DNA of 34,172 nucleotides, from the UHGV virus genome UHGV-2104448, one strand, 5' to 3'. Of the stretch, positions 11,878-22,330 are shown piece by piece (position 1 is the first letter of the stretch; every line of letters starts with the position of its first letter). The DNA is from a virus. The notes below the pieces were generated by a model. It was not told the origin of the DNA. It saw only the letters and a program-made list of their open reading frames with translations, and made no database searches. The translations under genes were made by a program, and so were the position numbers.

Positions 11878-13177
11878 TCTCCCGCATATTGCCAGCATGG
11901 CTTTTAATGAGCCGCTGATGCTTGAACCCGCCTATGCGCGGGTTTTCTTTTGTGCGCTTGCAGGCCAGCTTGGGATCAGCCGCCTGACGGATGCGGTGTC
12001 CGGCGACAGCCTGACTGCCCAGGAGGCACTCGCGACGCTGGCATTATCCGGTGATGATGACGGACCACGACAGGCCCGCAGTTATCAGGTCATGAACGGC
12101 ATCGCCGTGCTGCCGGTGTCCGGCACGCTGGTCAGCCGGACGCGGGCGCTGCAGCCGTACTCGGGGATGACCGGTTACAACGGCATTATCGCCCGTCTGC
12201 AACAGGCTGCCAGCGATCCGATGGTGGACGGCATTCTGCTCGATATGGACACGCCCGGCGGGATGGTGGCGGGGGCATTTGACTGCGCTGACATCATCGC
12301 CCGTGTGCGTGACATAAAGCCGGTATGGGCGCTGGCCAATGACATGAACTGCAGCGCAGGTCAGCTGCTTGCCAGTGCCGCCTCCCGGCGTCTGGTCACG
12401 CAGACCGCCCGGACAGGCTCCATCGGCGTCATGATGGCTCACAGTAATTACGGCGCTGCACTGGAGAAACAGGGCGTGGAAATCACGCTGATTTACAGCG
12501 GCAGCCATAAGGTGGATGGCAACCCCTACAGCCATCTACCGGATGATGTCCGGGAAACATTGCAGTCCCGGATGGATGCAACCCGCCGGATGTTTGCACA
12601 GAAGGTGTCGGCATATACCGGCCTGTCCGTGCAGGCTGTGCTGGATACCGAGGCTGCAGTGTACAGCGGTCAGGAGGCCATTGATGCCGGACTGGCTGAT
12701 GAACTTGTCAACAGCACCGATGCGATCACCGTTATGCGTGATGCACTGGATGCACGTAAATCCCGTCTCTCAGGAGGGCGAATGACCAAAGAGACTCAAT
12801 CAACAACTGTTTCAGCCACTGCTTCGCAGGCTGACGTTACTGACGTGGTGCCAGCGACGGAGGGCGAAAACGCCAGCGCGGCGCAGCCGGACGTGAACGC
12901 GCAGATCACCGCTGCGGTTGCGGCAGAAAACAGCCGCATTATGGGGATCCTCAACTGTGAGGAGGCTCACGGACGCGAAGAACAGGCCCGCGTGCTGGCA
13001 GAAACCCCCGGTATGACCGTGGAAACGGCCCGCCGCATTCTGGCAGCTGCACCACAGAGTGCACAGGCGCGCAGTGACACTGCGCTGGATCGTCTGATGC
13101 AGGGGGCACCGGCACCGCTGGCTGCAGGTAACCCGGCATCTGATGCCGTTAACGATTTGCTGAACACACCAGTGTAA
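11858..13177 (+). CDS. C: Head maturation protease / minor capsid protein C
   Basis: GTG start overlapping the B end. 439 aa beginning (M)TAELRNLPHIASMAFNEPL…, with a ClpP/S49-like protease core. Confidence 0.85.
12572..13177 (+). CDS. nu3: Scaffolding protein Nu3 (in-frame internal start within C)
   Basis: ATG at 12572 in the C frame (MDATRRMFAQKV…), placed by analogy with the lambda C/nu3 nested arrangement. Confidence 0.55.
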   Translation: MDATRRMFAQKVSAYTGLSVQAVLDTEAAVYSGQEAIDAGLADELVNSTDAITVMRDALDARKSRLSGGRMTKETQSTTVSATASQADVTDVVPATEGENASAAQPDVNAQITAAVAAENSRIMGILNCEEAHGREEQARVLAETPGMTVETARRILAAAPQSAQARSDTALDRLMQGAPAPLAAGNPASDAVNDLLNTPV

Positions 13178-13186
13178 GGGATGTTT

Positions 13187-13516
13187 ATGACGAGCAAAGA
13201 AACCTTTACCCACAACAACGCCACCAATACTGACCCGGCTCATACCGCAACCGCGCCCGGCGGATTGAGTGCGAAAGCGCCTGCAATGACCCCGCTGATG
13301 CTGGACACATCCACCCGTAAGCTGGTTGCGTGGGATGGCACCACCGACGGTGCTGCCGTTGGCATTCTTGCGGTTGCTGCTGACCAGACCAGCACCACAC
13401 TGACGTTCTACAAGTCCGGCACGTTCCGTTATGAGGATGTGCTCTGGCCGGAGGCTGCCAGCGACGAGACGAAAAAACGGACCGCGTTTGCCGGAACGGC
13501 AATCAGCATCGTTTAA
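13187..13516 (+). CDS. D: Head decoration protein D
   Basis: 109 aa, MTSKETFTH…[11 protein letters not shown]. The N-terminal approximately 20 residues differ from lambda gpD; the rest is co-linear. Confidence 0.85.
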   Translation: MTSKETFTHNNATNTDPAHTATAPGGLSAKAPAMTPLMLDTSTRKLVAWDGTTDGAAVGILAVAADQTSTTLTFYKSGTFRYEDVLWPEAASDETKKRTAFAGTAISIV

Positions 13517-13536
13517 CTTTACCCTTCATCACTAAA

Positions 13537-13558
13537 GGCCGCCTGTGCGGCTTTTTTT
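13537..13558 (+). terminator. Terminator-like hairpin between D and E (GCCGC-CUGU-GCGGC plus U7)
   Basis: GC stem with a 4-nt loop followed by TTTTTTT, 20 bp after the D stop. Confidence 0.45.
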
Positions 13559-13571
13559 ACGGGATTTTTTT

Positions 13572-14597
13572 ATGTCGATGTACACAACCGCCCAGCTGCT
13601 GGCGGCAAATGAGCAGAAATTTAAGTTTGATCCGCTGTTTCTGCGTCTCTTTTTCCGTGAGAGCTATCCCTTCACTACGGAGAAAGTCTATCTCTCACAA
13701 ATTCCGGGACTGGTAAACATGGCGCTGTACGTTTCGCCGATTGTTTCCGGTGAGGTTATCCGTTCCCGTGGCGGCTCCACCTCTGAATTTACGCCGGGAT
13801 ATGTCAAACCCAAGCATGAGGTGAATCCGCAGATGACCCTGCGTCGCCTGCCGGATGAAGATCCGCAGAATCTGGCGGACCCGGCTTACCGCCGCCGTCG
13901 CATCATCATGCAGAACATGCGTGACGAAGAGCTGGCCATTGCTCAGGTCGAAGAGATGCAGGCAGTTTCTGCCGTGCTCAAGGGCAAATACACCATGACC
14001 GGTGAAGCCTTCGATCCGGTTGAGGTGGATATGGGCCGCAGTGCGGCGAACAACATCACACAGTCCGGCGTCACGGAGTGGAGCAAGCGTGACAAGTCCA
14101 CGTATGACCCGACCGACGATATCGAAGCCTACGCGCTGAACGCCAGCGGTGTGGTGAATATCATCGTGTTTGACCCGAAAGGCTGGGCGCTGTTCCGTTC
14201 CTTCAAAGCCGTCAGGGAGAAGCTGGATACCCGTCGCGGCTCTCATTCCGAGCTGGAGACAGCGGTGAAAGACCTGGGCAAAGCGGTGTCCTATAAGGGA
14301 ATGTATGGCGATGTGGCCATCGTCGTGTATTCCGGACAGTACGTGGAAAACGGCGTCAAAAAGAACTTCCTGCCGGACAACACGATGGTGCTGGGGAACA
14401 CTCAGGCTCGCGGTCTGCGCACCTATGGCTGCATTCAGGATGCGGACGCACAGCGCGAAGGCATTAACGCCTCTGCCCGTTACCCGAAAAACTGGGTGAC
14501 CACCGGCGATCCGGCGCGTGAGTTCACCATGATTCAGTCAGCACCGCTGATGCTGCTGGCTGACCCTGATGAGTTCGTGTCCGTTCAACTGGCGTAA
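13572..14597 (+). CDS. E: Major capsid protein E
   Basis: 341 aa starting MSMYTTAQLLAANEQKFKFDPLFLRLFF…, co-linear with lambda gpE. The ORF-track start at 13545 is an upstream extension. Confidence 0.9.
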   Translation: MSMYTTAQLLAANEQKFKFDPLFLRLFFRESYPFTTEKVYLSQIPGLVNMALYVSPIVSGEVIRSRGGSTSEFTPGYVKPKHEVNPQMTLRRLPDEDPQNLADPAYRRRRIIMQNMRDEELAIAQVEEMQAVSAVLKGKYTMTGEAFDPVEVDMGRSAANNITQSGVTEWSKRDKSTYDPTDDIEAYALNASGVVNIIVFDPKGWALFRSFKAVREKLDTRRGSHSELETAVKDLGKAVSYKGMYGDVAIVVYSGQYVENGVKKNFLPDNTMVLGNTQARGLRTYGCIQDADAQREGINASARYPKNWVTTGDPAREFTMIQSAPLMLLADPDEFVSVQLA

Positions 14598-14638
14598 TCA
14601 TGGCCCTTCGGGGCCATTTTCTCTCTGTGGAGGAGTTC

Positions 14639-15037
14639 ATGACGAAAGATGAACTGATTGCCCGTCTTCAGGAGCTGGGTGAGCAACTGAACCGCGATGT
14701 CAGTTTGACGGGAACGAAAGAAGAACTGGCGCTTCGTGTGGCAGAGCTGGAAGAAGAGCTTGATGACACGGATGAAACTGCCGGTCAGGACACCCCTCTC
14801 AGCCGGGAAAATGTGCTGACCGGGCATGAAAATGAGGTGGTATCAGCGCAGCCGGATACCGTGATTCAGGATACGGCTGAACTGGTCACGGTCGTGGCAC
14901 TGGTGACGCTGCATACTGATGCACTTCACGCCACGCGGGATAAACCTGTGGCATTTGTGCTGCCGGGAACGGCGTTTCGTGTCTCTGCCGGTGTGGCAGC
15001 CGAAATGACAGAGCGCGGCCTGGCCAGAATGCAATAA
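14639..15037 (+). CDS. FI: DNA-packaging protein FI
   Basis: 132 aa, MTKDELIARLQELGEQLNRDVSLTGTKEELALRVAELEEELDD…, with RBS GGAGG. Confidence 0.8.
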   Translation: MTKDELIARLQELGEQLNRDVSLTGTKEELALRVAELEEELDDTDETAGQDTPLSRENVLTGHENEVVSAQPDTVIQDTAELVTVVALVTLHTDALHATRDKPVAFVLPGTAFRVSAGVAAEMTERGLARMQ

Positions 15038-15048
15038 CGGGAGGCGCT

Positions 15049-15402
15049 GTGGCTGATTTCGATAACCTGTTCGATGCTGCCATTGCCCGCGCCGATGAAA
15101 CGATACGCGGGTACATGGGAACGTCAGCCACCATGACATCCGGTGAGCAGTCAGGTGCGGTGATACGTGGTGTTTTTGATGACCCTGAAAATATCAGCTA
15201 TGCCGGACAGGGCGTGCGCGTTGAAGGCTCCAGCCCGTCCCTGTTTGTCCGGACTGATGATGCGCGGCAGCTGCGGCGTGGAGACACGCTGACCATCGGT
15301 GAGGAAAATTTCTGGGTAGATCGGGTTTCGCCGGATGATGGCGGAAGTTGTCATCTCTGGCTTGGACGGGGCGTACCGCCTGCCGTTAACCGTCGCCGCT
15401 GA
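15049..15402 (+). CDS. FII: Head-tail connector protein FII
   Basis: 117 aa, MADFDNLFDAAIARADETIRGYMGTSATMTSGEQSGAV…. Confidence 0.85.
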   Translation: MADFDNLFDAAIARADETIRGYMGTSATMTSGEQSGAVIRGVFDDPENISYAGQGVRVEGSSPSLFVRTDDARQLRRGDTLTIGEENFWVDRVSPDDGGSCHLWLGRGVPPAVNRRR

Positions 15403-15413
15403 AAGGGGGATGT

Positions 15414-15991
15414 ATGGTCATAAAAGGTCTTGAGCAGGCCGTTGAAAACCTCAGCCGTATCAGCAAAACGGCGGTGCCTGGTGCCGCCGCAATGGCCATT
15501 AACCGCGTTGCTTCATCCGCGATATCGCAGTCGGCGTCACAGGTTGCCCGTGAGACAAAGGTACGCCGGAAACTGGTAAAGGAAAGGGCCAGGCTGAAAA
15601 GGGCCACGGTCAAAAATCCGCAGGCCAGAATCAGGGTAACCGGGGGGATTTGCCCGTAATAAAGCTGGGTAACGCGCGGATTGTCCTGTCCCGACGCAGG
15701 CATCGTAAAAAGGGGCAGCGTTCAGCCCTGAAAGGTGGCGGCAGCGTGCTTGTGGTGGGAAACCGTCGTATTCCCGGCGCGTTTATTCAGCAACTGAAAA
15801 ATGGCCGCTGGCATGTCATGCAGCGTGTGGCCGGGAAAAACCGTTACCCCATTGATGTGGTGAAAATCCCGATGGCGGTGCCGCTGACCACGGCGTTTAA
15901 ACAGAATATTGAACGGATACGGCGTGAACGTCTTCCGAAAGAGCTGGGCTATGCGCTGCAGCATCAACTGAGAATGGTAATAAAGCGATGA
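15414..15991 (+). pseudogene. Z: Tail completion protein Z, reading frame split by a 1-nt frameshift
   Basis: Two overlapping ORFs (15414..15659 in frame 0, 15650..15991 in frame 2) together cover a gpZ-like sequence. The total span is 578 nt (not a multiple of 3), one short of the 579 nt of lambda Z as recalled. The shift lies at about 15630-15660, beside a G6 run at 15642-15647. Confidence 0.7.
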
Positions 15992-16383
15992 AACATACTG
16001 AACTCCGTGCAGCCGTACTGGATGCACTGGAGAAGCATGACACCGGGGCGACGCTTTTTGATGGTCGCCCCGCTGTTTTTGATGAGGCGGATTTTCCGGC
16101 AATTGCCGTTTATCTCACCGGCGCTGAATACACGGGCGAAGAGCTGGACAGCGATACCTGGCAGGCGGAGCTGCATATTGAAGTTTTCCTGCCTGCTCAG
16201 GTGCCGGATTCAGAGCTGGATTCGTGGATGGAGTCCCGGATTTATCCGGTGATGAGCGATATCCCGGCACTGTCAGATTTGATCACCAGTATGGTGGCCA
16301 GCGGCTATGACTACCGGCGCGACGATGATGCGGGCCTGTGGAGTTCAGCCGATCTGACTTATGTCATTACCTATGAAATGTGA
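15988..16383 (+). CDS. U: Tail terminator protein U
   Basis: 131 aa, [43 protein letters not shown]…. Confidence 0.85.
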   Translation: MKHTELRAAVLDALEKHDTGATLFDGRPAVFDEADFPAIAVYLTGAEYTGEELDSDTWQAELHIEVFLPAQVPDSELDSWMESRIYPVMSDIPALSDLITSMVASGYDYRRDDDAGLWSSADLTYVITYEM

Positions 16384-16390
16384 GGACGCT

Positions 16391-17131
16391 ATGCCTGTAC
16401 CAAATCCAGTAATGCCGGTGAAAGGGGCCGGGACCACACTGTGGGTTTATAAGGGGAACGGTGACCCTTATGCGAACCCGCTTTCAGACGTTGACTGGTC
16501 GCGTCTGGCTAAAGTTAAAGACCTGACGCCCGGCGAACTGACCGCTGAGTCCTATGACGACAGCTATCTCGATGATGAAGATGCGGACTGGACTGCGACC
16601 GGGCAGGGGCAGAAATCTGCCGGAGATACCAGCTTCACGCTGGCGTGGATGCCCGGAGAGCAGGGGCAGCAGGCGCTGCTGGCGTGGTTTAATGAAGGGG
16701 ATACCCGAGCCTATAAAATCCGCTTCCCGAATGGCACGGTCGATGTGTTCCGCGGCTGGGTCAGCAGTATCGGTAAGGCGGTGACGGCGAAGGAAGTGAT
16801 CACCCGCACGGTGAAGGTCACCAATGTGGGCCGTCCGTCGATGGCAGAAGATCACAGCACGGTCACAGCGGCAACCGGCATGACCGTGACGCCTGCCAGC
16901 ACCTCGGTGGTGAAAGGGCAGAGCACCACGCTGACCGTGGCATTCCAGCCGGAAGGCGCAACCGACAAGAGCTTCCGTGCGGTGTCAGCGGATAAAACAA
17001 AAGCCACCGTGTCGGTCAGTGGTATGACCATCACCGTGAAAGGTGTTGCTGCAGGCAAGGTCAACATTCCGGTCGTATCCGGTAATGGTGAACTTGCTGC
17101 GGTTGCAGAAATCAACGTCACCGCCAGTTAA
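16391..17131 (+). CDS. V: Major tail tube protein V
   Basis: 246 aa, [22 protein letters not shown]…, with a C-terminal Ig-like domain. Confidence 0.9.
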   Translation: MPVPNPVMPVKGAGTTLWVYKGNGDPYANPLSDVDWSRLAKVKDLTPGELTAESYDDSYLDDEDADWTATGQGQKSAGDTSFTLAWMPGEQGQQALLAWFNEGDTRAYKIRFPNGTVDVFRGWVSSIGKAVTAKEVITRTVKVTNVGRPSMAEDHSTVTAATGMTVTPASTSVVKGQSTTLTVAFQPEGATDKSFRAVSADKTKATVSVSGMTITVKGVAAGKVNIPVVSGNGELAAVAEINVTAS

Positions 17132-17146
17132 TCCGGAGAGTCAGCG

Positions 17147-17569
17147 ATGTTCCTGAAAACCGAATCATTTGAACATAACGGTGTGACCGTCACGCTTTCT
17201 GAACTGTCAGCCCTGCAGCGTATTGAGCATCTCGCCCTGATGAAACGGCAGGCAGAACAGGCGGAGTCAGACAGCAACCGGAAGTTTACTGTGGAAGACG
17301 CCATCAGAACCGGTGCTTGTGTGGTGGCGATGTCCCTGTGGCATAACCATCCGCAGAAGACGCAGATGCCTTCCATGAATGAAGCCGTTAAACAGATTGA
17401 GCAGGAAGTGCTTACCACCTGGCCTACAGAGGCAATTTCTCATGCTGAAAACGTGGTGTACCGGCTGTCCGGTATGTATGAGTTTGTGGTGAATGATGCC
17501 CCTGAACAGGCAGAGGACGCCGGGCCTGCAGAGCCTGTTTCTGCGGGAAAGTGTTCGACGGTGAGCTGA
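17147..17569 (+). CDS. G: Tail assembly chaperone G
   Basis: 140 aa, MFLKTESFEHNGVTVTLSELSALQRIEHLALMKRQ…. Confidence 0.85.
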   Translation: MFLKTESFEHNGVTVTLSELSALQRIEHLALMKRQAEQAESDSNRKFTVEDAIRTGACVVAMSLWHNHPQKTQMPSMNEAVKQIEQEVLTTWPTEAISHAENVVYRLSGMYEFVVNDAPEQAEDAGPAEPVSAGKCSTVS

Positions 17570-17985
17570 GTTTTGCCCTGAAACTGGCGCGCGAGATGGG
17601 GCGACCCGACTGGCGTGCCATGCTTGCCGGGATGTCATCCACGGAGTATGCCGACTGGCACCGCTTTTACAGTACCCATTATTTTCATGATGTTCTGCTG
17701 GATATGCACTTTTCCGGGCTGACGTACACCGTGCTCAGCCTGTTTTTCAGCGATCCGGATATGCATCCGCTGGATTTCAGTCTGCTGAACCGGCGCGAGG
17801 CTGACGAAGAGACTGAAGATGATGTGCTGATGCAGAAAGCGGCAGGGCTTGCCGGAGGCGTTCGTTTTGGCCCGGACGGGAATGAAGTTATCCCCGCTTC
17901 CCCGGATGTGGCGGACATGACGGAGGATGACGTAATGCTGATGACAGTATCAGAAGGGATCGCAGGAGGAGTCCGGTATGGCTGA
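17147..17985 (+). CDS. G-T: Tail assembly chaperone G-T fusion (programmed -1 ribosomal frameshift)
   Basis: The T reading frame (17551..17985) is the -1 frame relative to G and has no plausible independent start. The slippery heptamer G GGA AAG lies at 17545-17551 in the correct G frame. Confidence 0.75.
17545..17551 (+). promoter_or_regulatory. -1 programmed frameshift slippery site GGGAAAG (G to G-T)
   Basis: X XXY YYZ heptamer in the G frame, 6 codons before the G stop. Confidence 0.7.
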
Positions 17986-20557
17986 ACCGGTAGGCGATCT
18001 GGTCGTTGATTTAAGTCTGGATGCGGCCAGATTTGACGAGCAGATGGCCAGAGTCAGGCGTCATTTTTCCGGTACGGAAAGTGATGCGAAAAAAACAGCG
18101 GCAGTCGTTGAACAGTCGATGAACCGGCAGGCGCTGGCTGCACAGAAAGCGGGAATTTCCGTCGGGCAGTATAAAGCCGCCATGCGTATGCTGCCTGCGC
18201 AGTTCACTGACGTGGCCACGCAGCTTGCAGGCGGGCAAAGTCCGTGGCTGATCCTGCTGCAACAGGGGGGTCAGGTGAAGGACTCCTTCGGCGGGATGAT
18301 CCCCATGTTCCGGGGGCTTGCCGGTGCGATCACCCTGCCGATGGTGGGGGCTACCTCGCTGGCGGTGGCGACCGGAGCGCTGGCGTATGCCTGGTATCAG
18401 GGCAACTCAACCCTGTCCAATTTCAACAAAACGCTGGTCCTTTCCGGCAATCAGGCGGGACTGACGGCAGATCGTATTCTGGCCCTGTCCAGAGCCGGGC
18501 AGGCGGCAGGGCTGACGTTTAACCAGACCAGCGAGTCACTGACGGCGCTGGTGAATGCCGGTGTGCGTGGTGGTGAGCAGTTTGAGGCGATCAGCCAGAG
18601 TGTGGCGCGTTTCTCCTCTGCATCCGGCGTGGAGGTGGACAAGGTCGCTGAAGCCTTCGGGAAGCTGACCACAGACCCGACGTCGGGACTGACAGCGATG
18701 GCACGTCAGTTCCATAACGTGACGGCGGAGCAGATTGCGTATGTTGCTCAGTTGCAGCGTTCCGGAGATGAAGCCGGGGCATTGCAGGCGGCGAACGAGG
18801 CCGCAACGAAAGGGTTTGATGACCAGACCCGCCGCCTGAAAGAGAACATGGGCACGCTGGAGACCTGGGCAGACAGGACAGCACGGGCATTCAAATCCAT
18901 GTGGGATTCGGTGCTGGATATTGGTCGCCCGGACACTGCCCAGGGAATGCTGGAGAAAGCAGAAAAGGCTTTTGATGAGGCGGACAAAAAATGGCAGTGG
19001 TATCAGAGCCGAAGCCACCGGCGCGGTAAAACCTCAGCATTTCTTGCCAATCTCCGGGGAGCATGGGAGGACAGAGCGAATGCGCAACTTGGGCTTTCAG
19101 CCGCCACGTTGCAGGCCGATCTTGAAAAGGCCAGAGAGATGGCAGCAAAGGACTGGGCCGAGTCTGAGGCATCACGGCTGAAATATACCGAAGAGGCGCA
19201 GAAGGCTTACGAACGCCTGCAGACGCCGCTGGAGAAATATACCGCCCGTCAGGAAGAACTGAACAAGGCACTGAAAGACGGGAAAATCCTGCAGGCAGAT
19301 TACAACACGCTGATGGCGGCGGCGAAAAAGGATTATGAAGCGACGCTGAAAAAGCCGAAACAGTCCGGCGTGAAAGTGTCTGCGGGCGATCGTCAGGAAG
19401 ACAGTGCTCATGCTGCCCTGCTGACGCTTCAGGCTGAACTCCGGACGCTGGAGAAGCATGCCGGAGCAAATGAGAAAATCAGCCAGCAGCGCCGGGATTT
19501 GTGGAAGGCGGAGAGTCAGTTCGCGGTACTGGAGGAGGCGGCGCAACGTCGCCAGCTGTCCGCACAGGAGAAATCCCTGCTGGCGCATAAAGATGAGACG
19601 CTGGAGTACAAACGCCAGCTGGCTGCACTTGGCGACAAGGTTACGTATCAGGAGCGCCTGAACGCGCTGGCGCAGCAGGCGGATAAGTTCGCACAGCAAC
19701 AACGGGCAAAACGGGCAGCCATTGAGGCGAAAAACCGGGGGCTTACTGACCGGCAGGCAGCGCGGGAAGCCACAGAACAGCGCCTGAAGGAACAGTATGG
19801 CGATAATTCGCTGGCGCTGAATAACGTCATGTCAGAGCAGAAAAAGACCTGGGCGGCTGAAGACCAGCTTCGCGGGAGCTGGATGGCAGGCCTCAGGTCC
19901 GGCTGGAGTGAGTGGGAAGAGAGCGCCACGGACAGTATGTCGCAGGTTAAAAGTGCAGCCACGCAGACCTTTGATGGTATTGCGCAGAATATGGCGGCGA
20001 TGCTGACCGGCAGTGAGCAGAACTGGCGCAGCTTCACCCGTTCCGTGCTGTCCATGATGACAGAAATTCTGCTTAAGCAGGCAATGGTGGGGATTGTCGG
20101 GAGTATCGGTAGCGCCATTGGCGGGGCTGTTGGTGGCGGCGCATCCGCATCAGGCGGTACAGCCATTCAGGCCGCTGCGGCGAAATTCCATTTTGCAACC
20201 GGAGGATTTACGGGAACCGGCGGCAAATATGAGCCAGCGGGGATTGTTCACCGTGGTGAATTTGTCTTCACGAAGGAGGCAACCAGCCGAATTGGTGTCG
20301 GTAACCTGTACCGCCTGATGCGGGGCTATGCGGAAGGTGGTTATGTGGGCGGTGCCGGAAGTCCGGCGCAGATGCGGCGGGCTGAAGGCATTAATTTTAA
20401 TCAGAACAATCACGTGGTGATTCAGAACGACGGTACGAATGGTCTGCCAGGTCCACAGATGATGAAGGCAGTGTATGACATGGCCCGCAAGGGTGCCCGT
20501 GATGAAATTCAGGCACAGATGCGCGATGGTGGTCTGTTCTCCGGAGGTGGACGATGA
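17978..20557 (+). CDS. H: Tail tape-measure protein H
   Basis: 859 aa, coiled-coil-rich, with Gly-rich segments near the C-terminus. Start overlaps the T end. Confidence 0.9.
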   Translation: MAEPVGDLVVDLSLDAARFDEQMARVRRHFSGTESDAKKTAAVVEQSMNRQALAAQKAGISVGQYKAAMRMLPAQFTDVATQLAGGQSPWLILLQQGGQVKDSFGGMIPMFRGLAGAITLPMVGATSLAVATGALAYAWYQGNSTLSNFNKTLVLSGNQAGLTADRILALSRAGQAAGLTFNQTSESLTALVNAGVRGGEQFEAISQSVARFSSASGVEVDKVAEAFGKLTTDPTSGLTAMARQFHNVTAEQIAYVAQLQRSGDEAGALQAANEAATKGFDDQTRRLKENMGTLETWADRTARAFKSMWDSVLDIGRPDTAQGMLEKAEKAFDEADKKWQWYQSRSHRRGKTSAFLANLRGAWEDRANAQLGLSAATLQADLEKAREMAAKDWAESEASRLKYTEEAQKAYERLQTPLEKYTARQEELNKALKDGKILQADYNTLMAAAKKDYEATLKKPKQSGVKVSAGDRQEDSAHAALLTLQAELRTLEKHAGANEKISQQRRDLWKAESQFAVLEEAAQRRQLSAQEKSLLAHKDETLEYKRQLAALGDKVTYQERLNALAQQADKFAQQQRAKRAAIEAKNRGLTDRQAAREATEQRLKEQYGDNSLALNNVMSEQKKTWAAEDQLRGSWMAGLRSGWSEWEESATDSMSQVKSAATQTFDGIAQNMAAMLTGSEQNWRSFTRSVLSMMTEILLKQAMVGIVGSIGSAIGGAVGGGASASGGTAIQAAAAKFHFATGGFTGTGGKYEPAGIVHRGEFVFTKEATSRIGVGNLYRLMRGYAEGGYVGGAGSPAQMRRAEGINFNQNNHVVIQNDGTNGLPGPQMMKAVYDMARKGARDEIQAQMRDGGLFSGGGR

Positions 20558-20883
20558 AGACCTTCCGCTGGAAAGTGAAACCCGGTATGGATGTGGCTTC
20601 GGCCCCTTCCGTCAGGAAAGTGCGCTTTGGTGATGGCTATTCCCAGCGAGCGCCTGCCGGGCTGAATGCCGACCTGAAAACGTACAGCGTGACGCTTTCT
20701 GTTCCCCGTTGGGAGGCCACGGCGCTGGAGTCGTTTCTGGCTGAGCACGGGGGCTGGAAAGCCTTTCTGTGGACGCCGCCTTATGAGTGGCGGCAGATAA
20801 AGGTGACCTGCGCAAAATGGTCGTCGCGGGTCAGTATGCTGCGTGTTGAGTTCAGCGCAGAGTTTGAACAGGTGGTGAACTGA
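20554..20883 (+). CDS. M: Tail tip protein M
   Basis: 109 aa, MKTFRWKVKPGMDVASAPSVRKVRFGDGYSQRAPAGLNADLKTY…. Confidence 0.85.
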   Translation: MKTFRWKVKPGMDVASAPSVRKVRFGDGYSQRAPAGLNADLKTYSVTLSVPRWEATALESFLAEHGGWKAFLWTPPYEWRQIKVTCAKWSSRVSMLRVEFSAEFEQVVN

Positions 20884-21581
20884 TGCAGGATATCCGGCAG
20901 GAAACACTGAATGAATGCACCCGTGCGGAGCAGTCGGCCAGCGTGGTGCTCTGGGAAATCGACCTGACAGAGGTCGGTGGAGAACGTTATTTTTTCTGTA
21001 ATGAGCAGAACGAAAAAGGTGAGCCGGTCACCTGGCAGGGGCGACAGTATCAGCCGTATCCCATTCAGGGGAGTGGTTTTGAACTGAATGGCAAAGGCAC
21101 CAGTACGCGCCCCACACTGACGGTTTCTAACCTGTACGGTATGGTCACCGGGATGGCGGAAGATCTGCAGAGTCTGGTCGGTGGAACGGTGGTCCGGCGT
21201 AAGGTTTACGCCCGTTTTCTGGATGCGGTGAACTTCGTCAACGGAAACAGTGGCGCCGATCCGGAGCAGGAGGTGATCAGCCGCTGGCGCATTGAGCAGT
21301 GCAGCGAACTGAGCGCGGTGAGTGCCTCTTTTGTACTGTCCACGCCGACGGAAACGGATGGCGCTGTTTTTCCGGGACGTATCATGCTGGCCAACACCTG
21401 CACCTGGACCTATCGCGGTGACGAGTGCGGTTATAGCGGTCCGGCTGTCGCGGATGAATATGACCAGCCAACGTCCGATATCACGAAGGATAAATGCAGC
21501 AAATGCCTGAGCGGTTGTAAGTTCCGCAATAACGTCGGCAACTTTGGCGGCTTCCTTTCCATTAACAAACTTTCGCAGTAA
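20883..21581 (+). CDS. L: Tail tip protein L
   Basis: 232 aa with a C-terminal Cys cluster (CGYSGP…CSKCLSGC), lambda gpL-like. Confidence 0.85.
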   Translation: MQDIRQETLNECTRAEQSASVVLWEIDLTEVGGERYFFCNEQNEKGEPVTWQGRQYQPYPIQGSGFELNGKGTSTRPTLTVSNLYGMVTGMAEDLQSLVGGTVVRRKVYARFLDAVNFVNGNSGADPEQEVISRWRIEQCSELSAVSASFVLSTPTETDGAVFPGRIMLANTCTWTYRGDECGYSGPAVADEYDQPTSDITKDKCSKCLSGCKFRNNVGNFGGFLSINKLSQ

Positions 21582-21586
21582 ATCCC

Positions 21587-22330
21587 ATGACACAGACAGA
21601 ATCAGCGATTCTGGCGCACGCCCGGCGATGTGCGCCAGCGGAGTCGTGCGGCTTCGTGGTAAGCACGCCGGAGGGGGAAAGATATTTCCCCTGCGTGAAT
21701 ATCTCCGGTGAGCCGGAGGCGTATTTCCGTATGTCGCCGGAAGACTGGCTGCAGGCAGAAATGCAGGGTGAGATTGTGGCGCTGGTCCACAGCCACCCCG
21801 GTGGTCTGCCCTGGCTGAGTGAGGCCGACCGGCGGCTGCAGGTGCAGAGTGATTTGCCGTGGTGGCTGGTCTGCCGGGGGACGATTCATAAGTTCCGCTG
21901 TGTGCCGCATCTCACCGGGCGGCGCTTTGAGCACGGTGTGACGGACTGTTACACACTGTTCCGGGATGCTTATCATCTGGCGGGGATTGAGATGCCGGAC
22001 TTTCATCGTGAGGATGACTGGTGGCGTAACGGCCAGAATCTCTATCTGGATAATCTGGAGGCGACGGGGCTGTATCAGGTGCCGTTGTCAGCGGCACAGC
22101 CGGGCGATGTGCTGCTGTGCTGTTTTGGTTCATCGGTGCCGAATCACGCCGCAATTTACTGCGGCGACGGCGAGCTGCTGCACCATATTCCTGAACAACT
22201 GAGCAAACGAGAGAGGTACACCGACAAATGGCAGCGACGCACACACTCCCTCTGGCGTCACCGGGCATGGCGCGCATCTGCCTTTACGGGGATTTACAAC
22301 GATTTGGTCGCCGCATCGACCTTCGTGTGA
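21587..22330 (+). CDS. K: Tail tip assembly protein K (JAMM/MPN plus NlpC/P60 domains)
   Basis: 247-aa ORF. A JAMM-type H-x-H-x7-S-x2-D motif is present in HSHPGGLPWLSEAD. The C-terminal half is NlpC/P60-like with a candidate active-site Cys in GVTDCYTLF. The classical lambda annotation starts at the internal Met at 21731 (199 aa). Confidence 0.8.
   Translation: MTQTESAILAHARRCAPAESCGFVVSTPEGERYFPCVNISGEPEAYFRMSPEDWLQAEMQGEIVALVHSHPGGLPWLSEADRRLQVQSDLPWWLVCRGTIHKFRCVPHLTGRRFEHGVTDCYTLFRDAYHLAGIEMPDFHREDDWWRNGQNLYLDNLEATGLYQVPLSAAQPGDVLLCCFGSSVPNHAAIYCGDGELLHHIPEQLSKRERYTDKWQRRTHSLWRHRAWRASAFTGIYNDLVAASTFV

Noticed and set aside
18536-20166. Several 80-190-aa ORFs on both strands within tape-measure gene H
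   Set aside because: All overlap H in other frames; repetitive Ala/Arg/Pro-rich translations; no independent support.
20781-21593. 270-aa minus-strand ORF overlapping M and L
   Set aside because: Antisense to lambda-like M and L; no recognisable motifs.
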